This document shows, piece after piece, positions 1 through 10,152 of a DNA stretch of 64,000 bases (within the stretch, counting starts at the first letter, position 1; each line of letters begins with the position of its first letter). The stretch is taken from assembly GCA_963668355.1 (NCBI GenBank), contig OY764265.1, forward strand, positions 2,496,001 to 2,560,000, written 5' to 3'. This stretch comes from Bdellovibrionota bacterium (GTDB lineage Bacteria > Bdellovibrionota_G > JALEGL01 > DATDPG01). A model generated the notes under the pieces. That model did not search any database and was not told where the DNA came from. It worked only from the letters and a program-made list of their open reading frames with translations. The translations under genes and the position numbers were made by a program.

Positions 1-121
1 TTCCGCTTCAAAAAATTAAAAAAATCCGTGAGGGTCCTTCGGTTCTTGCGAGATTTGGGATCTCGCAATTGAATTTACGTAACCTCATTAAGTATTTTTA
101 GTCGATGTGGGTCTTCAGAAT

Positions 122-173
122 ATGATTTAGATCAGAAAAAGGACGGTTTTTTTTCTTAAGTGATCAAAATCAT
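122..173. promoter_or_regulatory. Two FNR/CRP-like boxes (TGAT-N4-ATCA) upstream of hypA
   Basis: TGAT-ttag-ATCA at 123-134 and TGAT-caaa-ATCA at 161-172. Confidence 0.4.
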
Positions 174-262
174 TTAAAAAAATGGACCGGAAAAGCACGT
201 CTCAAAGGGTTTCCGAGGGGGCTTGTGGAATGTGGAAAGTTCGACTAAATGCCCGAGGCGAA

Positions 263-625
263 ATGCATGAATTGGCCATTGCCCAGAACATTGTAAAGAT
301 CTCGCTAGAGGAGGCCGGAAAAGTGGGGACGGAGCAAGAAATTGAATCTGTCTTCTTTCGAGCCGGCCGCTTAAATGCCGTCATCCCGGATATTCTCATT
401 TTCAATTTTGATGTTTTAAAGGTTGAGGAGCCTCAAATGGAACAGGCTCAATTGCATGTTGCCCAAGATCCGATTTGTGTGAAATGCAAAGCATGTGGGC
501 ATGAGGCCGAGCTGGAGGAACCGGTTTTTATTTGTTTGGAGTGTGGAAGCCCGGTGGCGGTGAAAAGTGGTCAGGAAATGTATGTCGAGAGAATCATCAT
601 GAAAGGAAATTCCGATGGAAATTAA
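263..625 (+). CDS. hypA: Hydrogenase maturation nickel metallochaperone HypA
   Basis: N-terminal MHE motif (ATG at 263, shorter than the ORF-track call), two CxxC motifs (CKAC, CLEC), overlaps hypB. Confidence 0.93.
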   Translation: MHELAIAQNIVKISLEEAGKVGTEQEIESVFFRAGRLNAVIPDILIFNFDVLKVEEPQMEQAQLHVAQDPICVKCKACGHEAELEEPVFICLECGSPVAVKSGQEMYVERIIMKGNSDGN

Positions 626-1283
626 AGTGGTTCGAAATGTTTTGGCCGAAAACGAACAATTGGCAACCGAAGTTCGCAAAGACTTAAGGGCGCGAAAGCA
701 GAGCATGTTTAACTTTATGAGTTCTCCGGGTTCGGGAAAGACCACGCTTCTTCAAAAATTGATTCCCTTGATTCAACAAAAAGATTTTCGTGTAGGTGTC
801 ATTGAAGGGGATATTACGACGACCAACGATGCTGAGAGACTTCAGCCGTTGAACATCCCCATTGCTCAAATCAATACGGATGTTTTTGGTGGGGACTGCC
901 ACTTGGGGGCCAATGTGATCCAGGGAGCCATGGAACATCTGAATGAAACTCAAGTGGACATTTCTTTAATTGAGAACGTTGGGAACCTTGTCTGTCCGGC
1001 CGAATTCGATACGGGAGCCGATGTCAATGTTGTCTTGCTCAGCGTGACCGAAGGAGAGGACAAACCCCTCAAGTACCCCCTAATGTTTCGAAACTCCCAC
1101 CTGGCTGTAATCAACAAAATCGATATTTCAGAGGCTGTGGAGGCGGACATTTCCCTGATGAAGGAGAATATGTTGAAAGTGAATCCGGAGCTAAAAATCT
1201 ATTTGGCCTCGGGAAAGACGGGGGAAGGTCTTTCCGATTTGGCCGATGAGATTGCCCAGCGTCACCGAGCCTCGATGGCCTAG
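615..1283 (+). CDS. hypB: Hydrogenase nickel incorporation GTPase HypB
   Basis: SSPGSGKT P-loop, CHL, ENVGNLVCPAEFD, EGEDKPLKYP and NKID motifs. Confidence 0.96.
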   Translation: MEIKVVRNVLAENEQLATEVRKDLRARKQSMFNFMSSPGSGKTTLLQKLIPLIQQKDFRVGVIEGDITTTNDAERLQPLNIPIAQINTDVFGGDCHLGANVIQGAMEHLNETQVDISLIENVGNLVCPAEFDTGADVNVVLLSVTEGEDKPLKYPLMFRNSHLAVINKIDISEAVEADISLMKENMLKVNPELKIYLASGKTGEGLSDLADEIAQRHRASMA

Positions 1284-1379
1284 ATTTTTTGAAGGGTATG
1301 GCCGGGAAAAAAATGCCATATCCCAATAGATGTAAGCCAAAAACAGGCGCCGTTTTTCTTTATTATCAACCACTTATCT

Positions 1380-1395
1380 TGGCCTGAGTTTTGCT
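1380..1395 (+). promoter_or_regulatory. Sigma-54 -24/-12 promoter with an adjacent IHF-like site
   Basis: TGGCCTGAGTTTTGCT (GG-N10-GC); TATCAACCACTTA at 1364-1376 matches WATCAANNNNTTR. Confidence 0.55.
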
Positions 1396-1407
1396 GCAAT
1401 TAGGAAC

Positions 1408-2163
1408 ATGACGAATCTCAAAGCCGGTTTGCAGAAGAATAGCATTTCCATTTTATGGGCACTTCCGCTGGTCGTGGCCATTTCCTGCGGCCAAAACACG
1501 GCCACCTCCGAATCTCAAATTTCCTCACGAATAGATTTGATTTCCCCGATATCGATATTGGAACTAGGGCCAGGAGAAAGCAAAATCATTGCTTCGTTTG
1601 GAACCACAGGACTTTCTGAGACCTCTCGAATTCAGTTGAGTTTAAAGGCAAGATTTCACACCACGAATTTTTCTGAAGGCTCTTTCCCGCTCATGCAGAT
1701 CAAAGTGAATGGTGAAGCCGTTCAACCAGAAGAAGTTGTGAACGACCCCACTTGTTTTAAGTATCCGAATTGTTTTTGGACTCCGACCTGTGCGGATCAT
1801 TGTAATCCCTATTTTGTGGGAGACTTTTCGTTCGATATCGAATGCGAAGAAGAAAACATCGGTCATGGCCTGGAAGAAAGTATGTTTGACATTCAGGTTT
1901 CTCCCAACTTTACAAATCATACGATTGCCGAAACCCAGGAAGGGGAGCCCCATCAGTTTTACATTGATCCCAATGTGAGTGGAGATCCATATGAGTACAC
2001 TTTGGACTTCACAGAACGAGCCCGAAATGAAGATCAGTTGACGATCGTTATCGGTAACCCCTTTGCGGAATATGCTGACCTGGCTCAATGTAGCGGAACC
2101 GGAGCTACAGAAGGAATCCTCGTATTGGGAGATCTTCGGGTTCGCCGGGTTGAAACCGAATAA
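1408..2163 (+). CDS. Hypothetical lipoprotein with an acidic, Cys-containing domain
   Basis: 251-aa ORF; hydrophobic leader ending in lipobox-like AISC. Confidence 0.7.
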   Translation: MTNLKAGLQKNSISILWALPLVVAISCGQNTATSESQISSRIDLISPISILELGPGESKIIASFGTTGLSETSRIQLSLKARFHTTNFSEGSFPLMQIKVNGEAVQPEEVVNDPTCFKYPNCFWTPTCADHCNPYFVGDFSFDIECEEENIGHGLEESMFDIQVSPNFTNHTIAETQEGEPHQFYIDPNVSGDPYEYTLDFTERARNEDQLTIVIGNPFAEYADLAQCSGTGATEGILVLGDLRVRRVETE

Positions 2164-2211
2164 GAAATGATCCTGAAAGCAATCCTTTAAAAAAGCTTTG
2201 AACGAAGGCGT

Positions 2212-3225
2212 TTAAAACTCAATGACTTCTGGATCATCTTCGATGTCGGGAGGCTTGGTCCCGATATACTTGAAACGAATCGCATCCGCACAGGTTCCTT
2301 GAGCCGAGGCCTGAGAGGCCGCATACACACGGACTGAAATTTGGCCCGACAAACTGTGAAGGCCCAAAAGATTCCACTGGCCACCGTTCGATTGTTGGTT
2401 CACAGACAATCCAGATATGAGTTCTCCATCACTGAGAATTTCATAAGAAACCATGTCTGGACGACCTGGATCACTCTGCCACCAGGCATAAATTTGATAG
2501 CGGCCACTTAGTTCCGGAACATTCCATTGAAACCATGAATTTCTTTCAGAATCATTCACATCTTCTGAGGAGTGATAGGTGGACGTTTCTTCTGGATATC
2601 CTCCCGCAAGAAAGGAACTGGGAGTCCAGTTTCCGGAGTACTCCACATAGTCTGTGTTCCGATCATCAATGACAAAATTATTCTCATCGAAGTTCGGATC
2701 GTCAATGGTGTTAAGTTCGTCGCCGTCTTCACCGTCCGTCTCGTTCTCTGCCAACAGCGAAGAGGAGACATGAATCATATTTGTAAACGCCAAAATTAGA
2801 TTGTGGTCTTCTGTGGAAGCGTCAACCGCTTGAAAGCGAATATTTCCCATGACTGGAGTGCTGTAAATATTCACCGGAAATATCGGAGATTCATTTTCGG
2901 AAGCTTGGTTTGTGATGATGGCAGCTTCTCCAGTGAGGTCTTCGGCGAAAGCGAGCAAGACGACACGCAAATTTTCATCATTGGGAAGGTCTGAATTCAT
3001 TTCAATGGAGTCGATGGATTGAAAAGAACTCACATAGACAACTTCTACCTCGTTGTTTTCCGTGGGACGGATGGCCCCAACCAGGGCAGAGCGTGCCGAA
3101 GAGGCCAGGGAGGTTTGATCGAAATAAACGCTCACTTGTGAGTCTTCTGTTTTTGCACAGCTAAAAAGCGTGGAAACGAAGAGAAGAATGAAAAGTTTCG
3201 AAATTTTCTTTTTACATTTAATCAT
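2212..3225 (-). CDS. Lipoprotein with a C-terminal golvesin/xanthan-lyase-C-like beta-sandwich
   Basis: LFSC lipobox; YSGNW...GRYQIYAWW...VNQQSNGGQWNLLG...ADAIRF pattern. Confidence 0.7.
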   Translation of the reverse strand: MIKCKKKISKLFILLFVSTLFSCAKTEDSQVSVYFDQTSLASSARSALVGAIRPTENNEVEVVYVSSFQSIDSIEMNSDLPNDENLRVVLLAFAEDLTGEAAIITNQASENESPIFPVNIYSTPVMGNIRFQAVDASTEDHNLILAFTNMIHVSSSLLAENETDGEDGDELNTIDDPNFDENNFVIDDRNTDYVEYSGNWTPSSFLAGGYPEETSTYHSSEDVNDSERNSWFQWNVPELSGRYQIYAWWQSDPGRPDMVSYEILSDGELISGLSVNQQSNGGQWNLLGLHSLSGQISVRVYAASQASAQGTCADAIRFKYIGTKPPDIEDDPEVIEF

Positions 3226-3226
3226 T

Positions 3227-4417
3227 TTATTGCCCCTGAACAGATAGGTGAATGGTTTCCGGTTGGTCTCCGCCTTGGTTCATCATATATACAGCACCAC
3301 CTGCACCGGCAGCGGCTGCGCCAACCAAAGTCCAGAACCACCACGTTTGGTACCAAGAAGCCGATTCCGATTTAATATTTGTATTTGTGCCATTTGCGGA
3401 AGGGGTATGTGCAAGAGAAGCGATCATAGACGAAGACTCGGATCCAAGTACCTTTTTGATTTTCTGAATATCCAAGGACGCCAGCCGATCATTTTGGATG
3501 CGCGAGTTGCTCCATACCACCTGGCCAGCCACAAAAAATTCAGCCTTTTGATTTTCAAGTAATAAAACTCCGTCGGTTTTTGTGCGTTTCTGAAGAATTT
3601 GGAATAAAAGATTTCGGTCCGATTTATTTTCAACCTGCAGAGCTTCTGAAACCAAAGCTTTATGCGAAGCCGAGTTCAAACGGACGCGCATACGTTTTCC
3701 ACGACGTCCCACATAAACGAGCTCGGCAAAGCGCTGAGTGCCCAGTTGGTCCACCTCCACAAAATAATATCCGGGTTGAACATACTGGGTCGAATTGGAG
3801 GCTTTCCCATTGATACGAATTTCAATGGGAGTCGTTATCTGGGTGACGGGGGAAATGGTCAAATTCACGCGTTCACTTTTTTCCAAGCTTAATCTGGCCC
3901 TCTTGTAGAGTTGAATGAGCTCGGGCGGATAGATGGCGGAATCCGGGGTCCTTCCCTGGAACAGGATATAGGCCTTGAGGCTGAATACAGCTTTCTTAAT
4001 TTGCTGGAGGCTTTGGTAGATGACGGCCTCCATAAAAAAGATTTCGCGGAGCATCTCTGGTTTGGAATACCGCCTTGCTTGCTTGAGGTATGTTAGCGCC
4101 GAATCAAATTCAATGTTTTCATAGGCCCGTTTGGCCTTTGAAAATAAACGCTGACCTCTTTTGAAATGAGTTTCCAAGGGGTCGGATGATTGGGTTGTGG
4201 GAAGTGGCATATTGACCCACTGAATCTCCACATCGGATGGCTCATAGGCGTCCGCAGGAAGGGAAGACTGAGGCCGGCTTGAAATTAAAAGAACTCGTTT
4301 TGAGCTCTCCGCGGAGAATGCGGGTAACGGAGGGCAAACGAATAACATGGCCAAGATTACAGCCAAATATCTGTGTTTGCGTTCCATCTTCGTCCAAAAA
4401 TGCAAAGAGTAAGCCAA
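3227..4417 (-). CDS. Exported TPR/PEGA-like protein with a C-terminal WYxxWWFW membrane anchor
   Basis: Signal peptide, helical repeat region, PGYYFVEV beta segment, WYQTWWFWTLVGAAAAG tail. Confidence 0.65.
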   Translation of the reverse strand: MAYSLHFWTKMERKHRYLAVILAMLFVCPPLPAFSAESSKRVLLISSRPQSSLPADAYEPSDVEIQWVNMPLPTTQSSDPLETHFKRGQRLFSKAKRAYENIEFDSALTYLKQARRYSKPEMLREIFFMEAVIYQSLQQIKKAVFSLKAYILFQGRTPDSAIYPPELIQLYKRARLSLEKSERVNLTISPVTQITTPIEIRINGKASNSTQYVQPGYYFVEVDQLGTQRFAELVYVGRRGKRMRVRLNSASHKALVSEALQVENKSDRNLLFQILQKRTKTDGVLLLENQKAEFFVAGQVVWSNSRIQNDRLASLDIQKIKKVLGSESSSMIASLAHTPSANGTNTNIKSESASWYQTWWFWTLVGAAAAGAGGAVYMMNQGGDQPETIHLSVQGQ

Positions 4418-4541
4418 TCTTTCGAGGTCTAAAACAAGTGTAAGTTCTTAAAAATAAACGAATAAAAATGAACCGAAGCCTTATTTCATGCTCCGGAAAG
4501 GGACGAATCTAAGCACATGTGAACAATAGTTGCAAAGGGGG

Positions 4542-6158
4542 TTACGGCTTCCAGACTTTTTTTAGAACGATGGCTTGCCCCTTGTTGACTTGAAGCGTCA
4601 TTTCGCGCTGCAAATTGAGTTTTTGGTTGCGGAATGTGAGTCGTCGAGTTCCAGCTGAAATCTTGTGTTTTAAAATGGGTGTATTCCCAATTTTCTTTCC
4701 ATCGACGTAAACGGTGGCGAAGGGTCCTTTGGGAAGGAATACGGTGAGGGTTCCAAAACCGGCGGGTTTAGGGGGAGAGGGCCTTTTCCGGGAAGAAGTT
4801 CGGACTTTTTTCTCAGGTCGTCGGGTGGGGGAAGGTGTGGGGGAAACCGGTGTGGCCGTGGGAGGCGAAGTCGGAATGGGTGTGACGTTTGGTTTGGCCG
4901 TGGCCAGAGGAGGTGGAGGGGACGAATCTTCTTGTTCCTTGATGATGATGGGGTCTCCAGCGAAGAAGTAAACCCCCGCACCAAAAAGAAGCGCGAAGAG
5001 AAGGAAGACCCATTTTTTTGGCCTTCGATTCGCATCGGGCGAATCAAACGAAGGGCTTTTGGGGGGAGGAAGAACTCTAGCGGGAGCTGGGGTTTCTCCG
5101 GAAAGAGATTTGTCGGTTTCGGATAAACCACTTTCTTGAGAGACCTGAAACTGGGCGTGTGTGGTTTGAGCGTCGATTTCGGGTTCCGTGTCCATGCTGG
5201 AGTCGATGGAAGGATCGGAGATCGTAAAACTTTGGTCTGAGAAGAGGAGGGCGACATATGAAGAAAGACGATGGGGGAAGTCGACGGATGGGCTCCCTGA
5301 CCAGTTTTGCGTGAGGTGATTGCCGAACTGCTGTGCAGTTTGGAATCTTTTCTCTGGGAGAGCCTGCAAACTCTTTCGGATGGTCAGTTGGAGACCTCCT
5401 GGAATCCGCTGGAAATTTTCGTCCAAGCCACGGAATCCTCCTTCTTCAATTTCGTTTAGGAGGCCTTCTCGGGTTTTCCCTTGAAAGGGACGTGCGTTCG
5501 TTAAGAGGGAATAGAGCAGAATGCCTGTAGAAAAAAGATCTGCACGAGGGTCCACACGTTTTGCTTTCAATTGTTCGGGAGCCACATAATGCAATTTCCC
5601 TTTGAAAATTCCTGGACGTGTAAGATCCATTTCTCCTCTGTGGAGGGCTTTTGCAATTCCGAAATCCGCCAATTTCACATTTCCGGAGTGGGATATGAGA
5701 ACATTTGGGGGGCTTACATCGCGATGAATGACGGGGGTAGGACTTCCTTCATAATCGGTTCGGTCATGAGCGTATCGAAGGGCTTTTAGGATTTCGTTCG
5801 TGATGTAGATCGCTAAATCCGGGGGCATGCGCATCTGCATTTGGTGTTGGGCTTTGAGAATTTTGGCCAAATCCACGCCCGAAACGTATTCCATTGCGAT
5901 GAAGTATTGTTCTTCCGCAATCCCAAAGTCATACACATGAACAATGTTTGGGTGGTCCAGCGTCGCGGCAATTTTCGCCTCTTCGGTGAACATATCGACC
6001 CATTGAGGGTTGTCTTCTAGGCCAGGTCGAATGCGCTTGATGATGAGCTTTTTTTCAAATCCACCCGGACCCACATTTCGAGCCAAGAATATTTCGGCCA
6101 TGCCGCCGACGGCGATTTGCTCGATTAATTCATATGGTCCGAAGGGGGTGCGGTTCAC
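4542..6158 (-). CDS. Membrane-anchored Ser/Thr protein kinase with a C-terminal PEGA-like domain
   Basis: GGMAEIF, HRDVSPPN, DFG and APE motifs; TM helix; Pro-rich linker; VYVDGKKIGNTP. Confidence 0.93.
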   Translation of the reverse strand: MNRTPFGPYELIEQIAVGGMAEIFLARNVGPGGFEKKLIIKRIRPGLEDNPQWVDMFTEEAKIAATLDHPNIVHVYDFGIAEEQYFIAMEYVSGVDLAKILKAQHQMQMRMPPDLAIYITNEILKALRYAHDRTDYEGSPTPVIHRDVSPPNVLISHSGNVKLADFGIAKALHRGEMDLTRPGIFKGKLHYVAPEQLKAKRVDPRADLFSTGILLYSLLTNARPFQGKTREGLLNEIEEGGFRGLDENFQRIPGGLQLTIRKSLQALPEKRFQTAQQFGNHLTQNWSGSPSVDFPHRLSSYVALLFSDQSFTISDPSIDSSMDTEPEIDAQTTHAQFQVSQESGLSETDKSLSGETPAPARVLPPPKSPSFDSPDANRRPKKWVFLLFALLFGAGVYFFAGDPIIIKEQEDSSPPPPLATAKPNVTPIPTSPPTATPVSPTPSPTRRPEKKVRTSSRKRPSPPKPAGFGTLTVFLPKGPFATVYVDGKKIGNTPILKHKISAGTRRLTFRNQKLNLQREMTLQVNKGQAIVLKKVWKP

Positions 6159-6205
6159 TTTGGCCTATCATAGCCGAATAATGCGAAATCGAAAAAGGGA
6201 AGGAT

Positions 6206-6240
6206 AAAAAAAAGGCCCAAGTTTTAAATACTTGGGCCTT
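6206..6240 (-). terminator. Intrinsic terminator downstream of sodB
   Basis: AAGGCCCAAG/CTTGGGCCTT stem followed by a T-run on the minus strand. Confidence 0.8.
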
Positions 6241-6256
6241 GTGAAAGAAAAAAAGA

Positions 6257-6844
6257 CTATTTCAAGTTGGATTCAATGAAATCCCAATTCACGAGATTCC
6301 AAAAAGCTTCAATGTATTTGGGACGCGCGTTCCGATAGTCAATGTAGTACGCGTGTTCCCATACATCACAGGTTAAAAGGACGGTATGGCCCATCGTGAC
6401 GGGACTTTCTGCGTTGGAGGTCTTTACCACCTGAAGTTTTCCTTCGGTATTTTTGACTAACCAAGCCCATCCTGAACCGAATTGGGTTGCGGCAGCATTT
6501 GAGAATTCTTCTTTGAACTTATCCAAAGATCCGAAGCTTTCGTTGATGGCCTTTGTGGTATTTTCTCCGGGAGAGGTTTTTTTGCCGGAAAGGCAATTCC
6601 AGTAAAAACTATGGTTCCAGGTTTGGGCCGCATTATTAAACACGCCCATTTCATTTTTTTCCCGTGAATCTCGAATGACTTGTTCCAGGCTCATGCTTTC
6701 ATAGGAAGTTCCGGAAATGGCGTCGTTCAGCTTGTTTACGTAAGCTTGATGATGTTTTCCGTAATGATATTCAAGGGTTTCCTTAGAAATATGGGGTTCC
6801 AGAGAGTTCATGTCATAGGGAAGTGAGGGTAATTCAAAAGCCAC
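6257..6844 (-). CDS. sodB: Fe superoxide dismutase
   Basis: HYGKHHQAY, FNNAAQTWNH (Fe-type AAQ), FGSGW and DVWEHAYY motifs. Confidence 0.95.
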   Translation of the reverse strand: MAFELPSLPYDMNSLEPHISKETLEYHYGKHHQAYVNKLNDAISGTSYESMSLEQVIRDSREKNEMGVFNNAAQTWNHSFYWNCLSGKKTSPGENTTKAINESFGSLDKFKEEFSNAAATQFGSGWAWLVKNTEGKLQVVKTSNAESPVTMGHTVLLTCDVWEHAYYIDYRNARPKYIEAFWNLVNWDFIESNLK

Positions 6845-6969
6845 GTTTCGTTCCTCCGTTGTTTTTCAAAAAAGGTTTCTAAATAGGACTGTAGAGGTAC
6901 CTTTTTTGGAGCGGTTTGGCAAGTCAAAAGACTTTAAAGAGGGTGCTCCAGAAGCCCTTCGCTCCAAGT

Positions 6970-8793
6970 TTATTCGGCAAGAATGTCTGCGATGTCTTTC
7001 ACCGTCACATTTTTGTATTCACGGTCCGTGGCTCCGTCACGCACCATCATTTGGCAGAAAGGACAGGAGGTTGCGATGTTCTTTGCCCCTGTTTGAACTA
7101 ATTCATCCGTTCGCTCGTGATTGATTCGTTTCCCTTGGGTTTCTTCGGTAAACAACATGGCTCCTCCAGCTCCGCAACAAAATGATTTGGATCCGTTTCG
7201 AGAAGCTTCCTTTAGTTCGGCTCCGTGGGTTTTTAAAACGGATCGAGGAGCCTCAATGCCTTCTTTGCCTCGATAACGGCTCAGATAGCAGGCATCGTGA
7301 TAAACAACCGACCCCGATTCATTGGTTTTTACCTTAAGTTTTCCTTGTTCCATCAAACGGTTCAGAAAAGAAGTGTGATGTATGAATTCAATGCCCCTGT
7401 TCAAACCCATATCTTCATACTCCTCCAGCGTTGCTAGGCAGTGGGGACATGTCGACACAATGGTTGTAGGTTTCGCTTCGTTTAGCAGGGCAATGTTTTC
7501 TTCTGCGAGTTGTTGGAACAAAAATTCATTTCCGGCCCTACGTGCAGCGTCTCCCGTGCAACTTTCCTCTTTCAAAACTCCCCAGGAAACGCCGGCTTTA
7601 TTTAAAAGCTTGGCGAAAGAGAGGGCCGTTTTTTGATACTGAGCATCGTATCTACCCATGCACCCCATCCAATAAAGAACGCTTTGGTCTTTGAAGAGAG
7701 GGAAAGCATTTTTTGAAATGAAGTCCTCCGCAGCGCCTCGCTCATAACTCCACGGATTTTTTCCGGCTCCCTCCAATCCTTTGAAAAGGTTTCCCATAGG
7801 TGAAGGAAAATTGCCCTCTGCAACCAAGCCCCTTCGAAATTCAATCAAAGGGGTTACGTGTTCCACGCCCACTGGACACTGTGTCGTGCATGCGCCACAC
7901 GTGGTGCACTGCCAGATGATCTCGGAAGAGACCGTGTTTCCAATGACCTCTTTCTCCACGTCTTCTTTTAAAGATTTTCGAAGATTTAAAATGAATTCTT
8001 TTGGGTTTAGTGTTTTTCCCGTTTGGTTTGCAGGGCAATGGTCCATGCATCGACCGCATTCGACACATGTATAAGCGGCCAAAATGGTGTGCGCATCGAG
8101 GTCAAAGACCTTTTCAGCACCAAATTCTTCATTTTCAAAGTCCAGGGGTTTGATTCGCGCAATTCGAAAATCTTTTGAAAACGTGGTGAAGGGAGAAAGA
8201 GCCAAATGCATATGTTTGCTATGCGGAATCAATCCCAGGAAGGCCAAGATGACAATCGTGTGGATCCACCAATTCCATTTTGCTGCTGTGGATTGGGGAT
8301 CAATCCATGTGAAATAGCTCGCCAAATAAGTCACCATTAACACGACGATGAAAACGGCTACGGCAAACGATCCCGGAGAGAATTTTCCCAAGGCTTGAGG
8401 CCGAAGAATGAAACGTCGAAAAGCGAGATACAAAATTCCAATCAAAACGAGAATGGCAAAACCGGCGACAAACCCTCCGAACACTTTATGAAAAGGCCCG
8501 TGTCCGAGAAACGAAACCCCATACCCCCGAAAAAAATGATCCAAGGTTTCCAAGGAAAAGGCCAGAAAACCCCAAAACACAAACGCATGCATGAGGCCGG
8601 GCAAGGGGCGGTCCCGAATGACCTTGCTTTGAAGTAAAACCTCTCCGAGGAAACGTCGAAAACGGGCTCCGAAGGGACCCCAGGAAAGTTTTCCTTTGGC
8701 TTGTTTCACTTGACGGAGGATCCGGGAAAGGGGCACAAAAAACGATGCAAGCGAAAGAAGAATAAGGGCAGAGAGTATGAGTTTCGACATCAT
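6970..8793 (-). CDS. Membrane Fe-S oxidoreductase, FadF/HdrD-like (two 4Fe-4S motifs plus CCG domains)
   Basis: N-terminal TM helices; CVECGRCMDHCP and CTTCGACTTQCP; CCGAGG and SCPFC. Confidence 0.9.
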   Translation of the reverse strand: MMSKLILSALILLSLASFFVPLSRILRQVKQAKGKLSWGPFGARFRRFLGEVLLQSKVIRDRPLPGLMHAFVFWGFLAFSLETLDHFFRGYGVSFLGHGPFHKVFGGFVAGFAILVLIGILYLAFRRFILRPQALGKFSPGSFAVAVFIVVLMVTYLASYFTWIDPQSTAAKWNWWIHTIVILAFLGLIPHSKHMHLALSPFTTFSKDFRIARIKPLDFENEEFGAEKVFDLDAHTILAAYTCVECGRCMDHCPANQTGKTLNPKEFILNLRKSLKEDVEKEVIGNTVSSEIIWQCTTCGACTTQCPVGVEHVTPLIEFRRGLVAEGNFPSPMGNLFKGLEGAGKNPWSYERGAAEDFISKNAFPLFKDQSVLYWMGCMGRYDAQYQKTALSFAKLLNKAGVSWGVLKEESCTGDAARRAGNEFLFQQLAEENIALLNEAKPTTIVSTCPHCLATLEEYEDMGLNRGIEFIHHTSFLNRLMEQGKLKVKTNESGSVVYHDACYLSRYRGKEGIEAPRSVLKTHGAELKEASRNGSKSFCCGAGGAMLFTEETQGKRINHERTDELVQTGAKNIATSCPFCQMMVRDGATDREYKNVTVKDIADILAE

Positions 8794-8863
8794 GTTTTCC
8801 TTCTAAGTATTTGGTTTTAGTCCAAATTACGTTAACACTGCCTCATACCTCGGACAAGAACAC

Positions 8864-8877
8864 GTGAACATGATCAA
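8864..8877. promoter_or_regulatory. FNR/CRP-like box upstream of the Fe-S oxidoreductase
   Basis: TTGAT-catg-TTCAC on the minus strand. Confidence 0.35.
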
Positions 8878-8990
8878 GGGGCTTGACTCGTTGTGCGTTG
8901 CGCTATACCTTTCCGCGCCGAATTCCAAAGGTCGATATTTTGGCTCAATATGTGTTAGCCTGAAACCGACTTAGACAAGGGGTACTTTGC

Positions 8991-9647
8991 ATGTTGATTC
9001 GGTTGTTCATCGCATTTTGTTTGCCCATGATGATTGTGGGGCAAGCCCTGGCTCGGTCCGATTCTGCAACGTTCCAGAATCAAAAGATGGCGGAACAAAT
9101 TCTTGAGAACGTATTCGATTCTTCTAAGGCCCTGGAAAAACGCGTGTCTTCGCTTTCCCATTTTCATTCAAAAATCGGCAAAGGTTTGAACGAAGGAGGT
9201 CTTTTTCCTAGACCTGAATTCGTTCGTTCGATTACGAACCACTTAATCGCGTCACCCATTCTTCCAGAGGAATTAGAGGAAAACGATTTCGAAATGGTCG
9301 AGCGGTTTCAAATTGAAACCTTTCGAACGGTGGGGTCACTCTGCCTCTGGTTCTATATGAATGCGAAAGAAGAAGACCTTGAAAAGAAACAAGATTCACA
9401 GGGGTTTGACAGTGAAGATGCATTGAACGCATGTAATTTTTCTGCAGCCACGATTGCGCATTCTTCCTTCAGCAAAGATCCGGGAAAGGTAGGGGATTAC
9501 GCTCGGATGACCCTTTTTAATATTGGCATGTATCGATTTCGAGAAGACGCAAGCTTCCAAGACACCATTGAAAAATCCTTTAACTTTGAGTTCCAAGAGG
9601 ACTCTAAGCCGAGCCACTCCAGCTGGCAGATCCCCTTGGAAAACTAA
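8991..9647 (+). CDS. Hypothetical exported protein
   Basis: 218-aa ORF with an ALA-type signal peptide; fills the intergenic gap. Confidence 0.6.
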   Translation: MLIRLFIAFCLPMMIVGQALARSDSATFQNQKMAEQILENVFDSSKALEKRVSSLSHFHSKIGKGLNEGGLFPRPEFVRSITNHLIASPILPEELEENDFEMVERFQIETFRTVGSLCLWFYMNAKEEDLEKKQDSQGFDSEDALNACNFSAATIAHSSFSKDPGKVGDYARMTLFNIGMYRFREDASFQDTIEKSFNFEFQEDSKPSHSSWQIPLEN

Positions 9648-10049
9648 TTATCTCTGAAGATAAAGGCTTTCGACTTTTTCCAATAGATTCTTTGGGTTTA
9701 CAGGCTTTTCAACGAACTCGTGTACGGGCAACCAACTTTCGTCCCGATCCCGGTTGGAAAATTTGCCTGGGTAGACCCCTTTTTCGTTGATGGCGGAGAG
9801 CATAAGAATGGGAATCTCTTTTGTTGTGCCGTTGTTTTTGAGCTTTCGGGCCAGCTCGAATCCAAGACTTTCATTTTCCGGAAACATCACATCTAAAATG
9901 ACCAAGCCTGGGTCATACGATTGAACGTTTTCAATCATGTTGTTTTCGTCATTCTGAGATTGAACCTCGTATCCCGCGCTTTTAAGGACGATGGAAAGAG
10001 ATTCCACAATGTTTCGGTCATCATCGATGATATAGACTTTCTTGGACAT
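9648..10049 (-). CDS. Single-domain response regulator (REC)
   Basis: IIDDD, LDVMFP, ILMLSA and EKP receiver motifs. Confidence 0.92.
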   Translation of the reverse strand: MSKKVYIIDDDRNIVESLSIVLKSAGYEVQSQNDENNMIENVQSYDPGLVILDVMFPENESLGFELARKLKNNGTTKEIPILMLSAINEKGVYPGKFSNRDRDESWLPVHEFVEKPVNPKNLLEKVESLYLQR

Positions 10050-10152
10050 GTTTCTGGCCTCCTGAGAATAGCTCCTAGCACGAATTCGCGTGAGCGGGCA
10101 AATTCTTTTTCAGCTTGTGAGGGGGCGGTGGAGAGCATATCCTGACCTTCCC

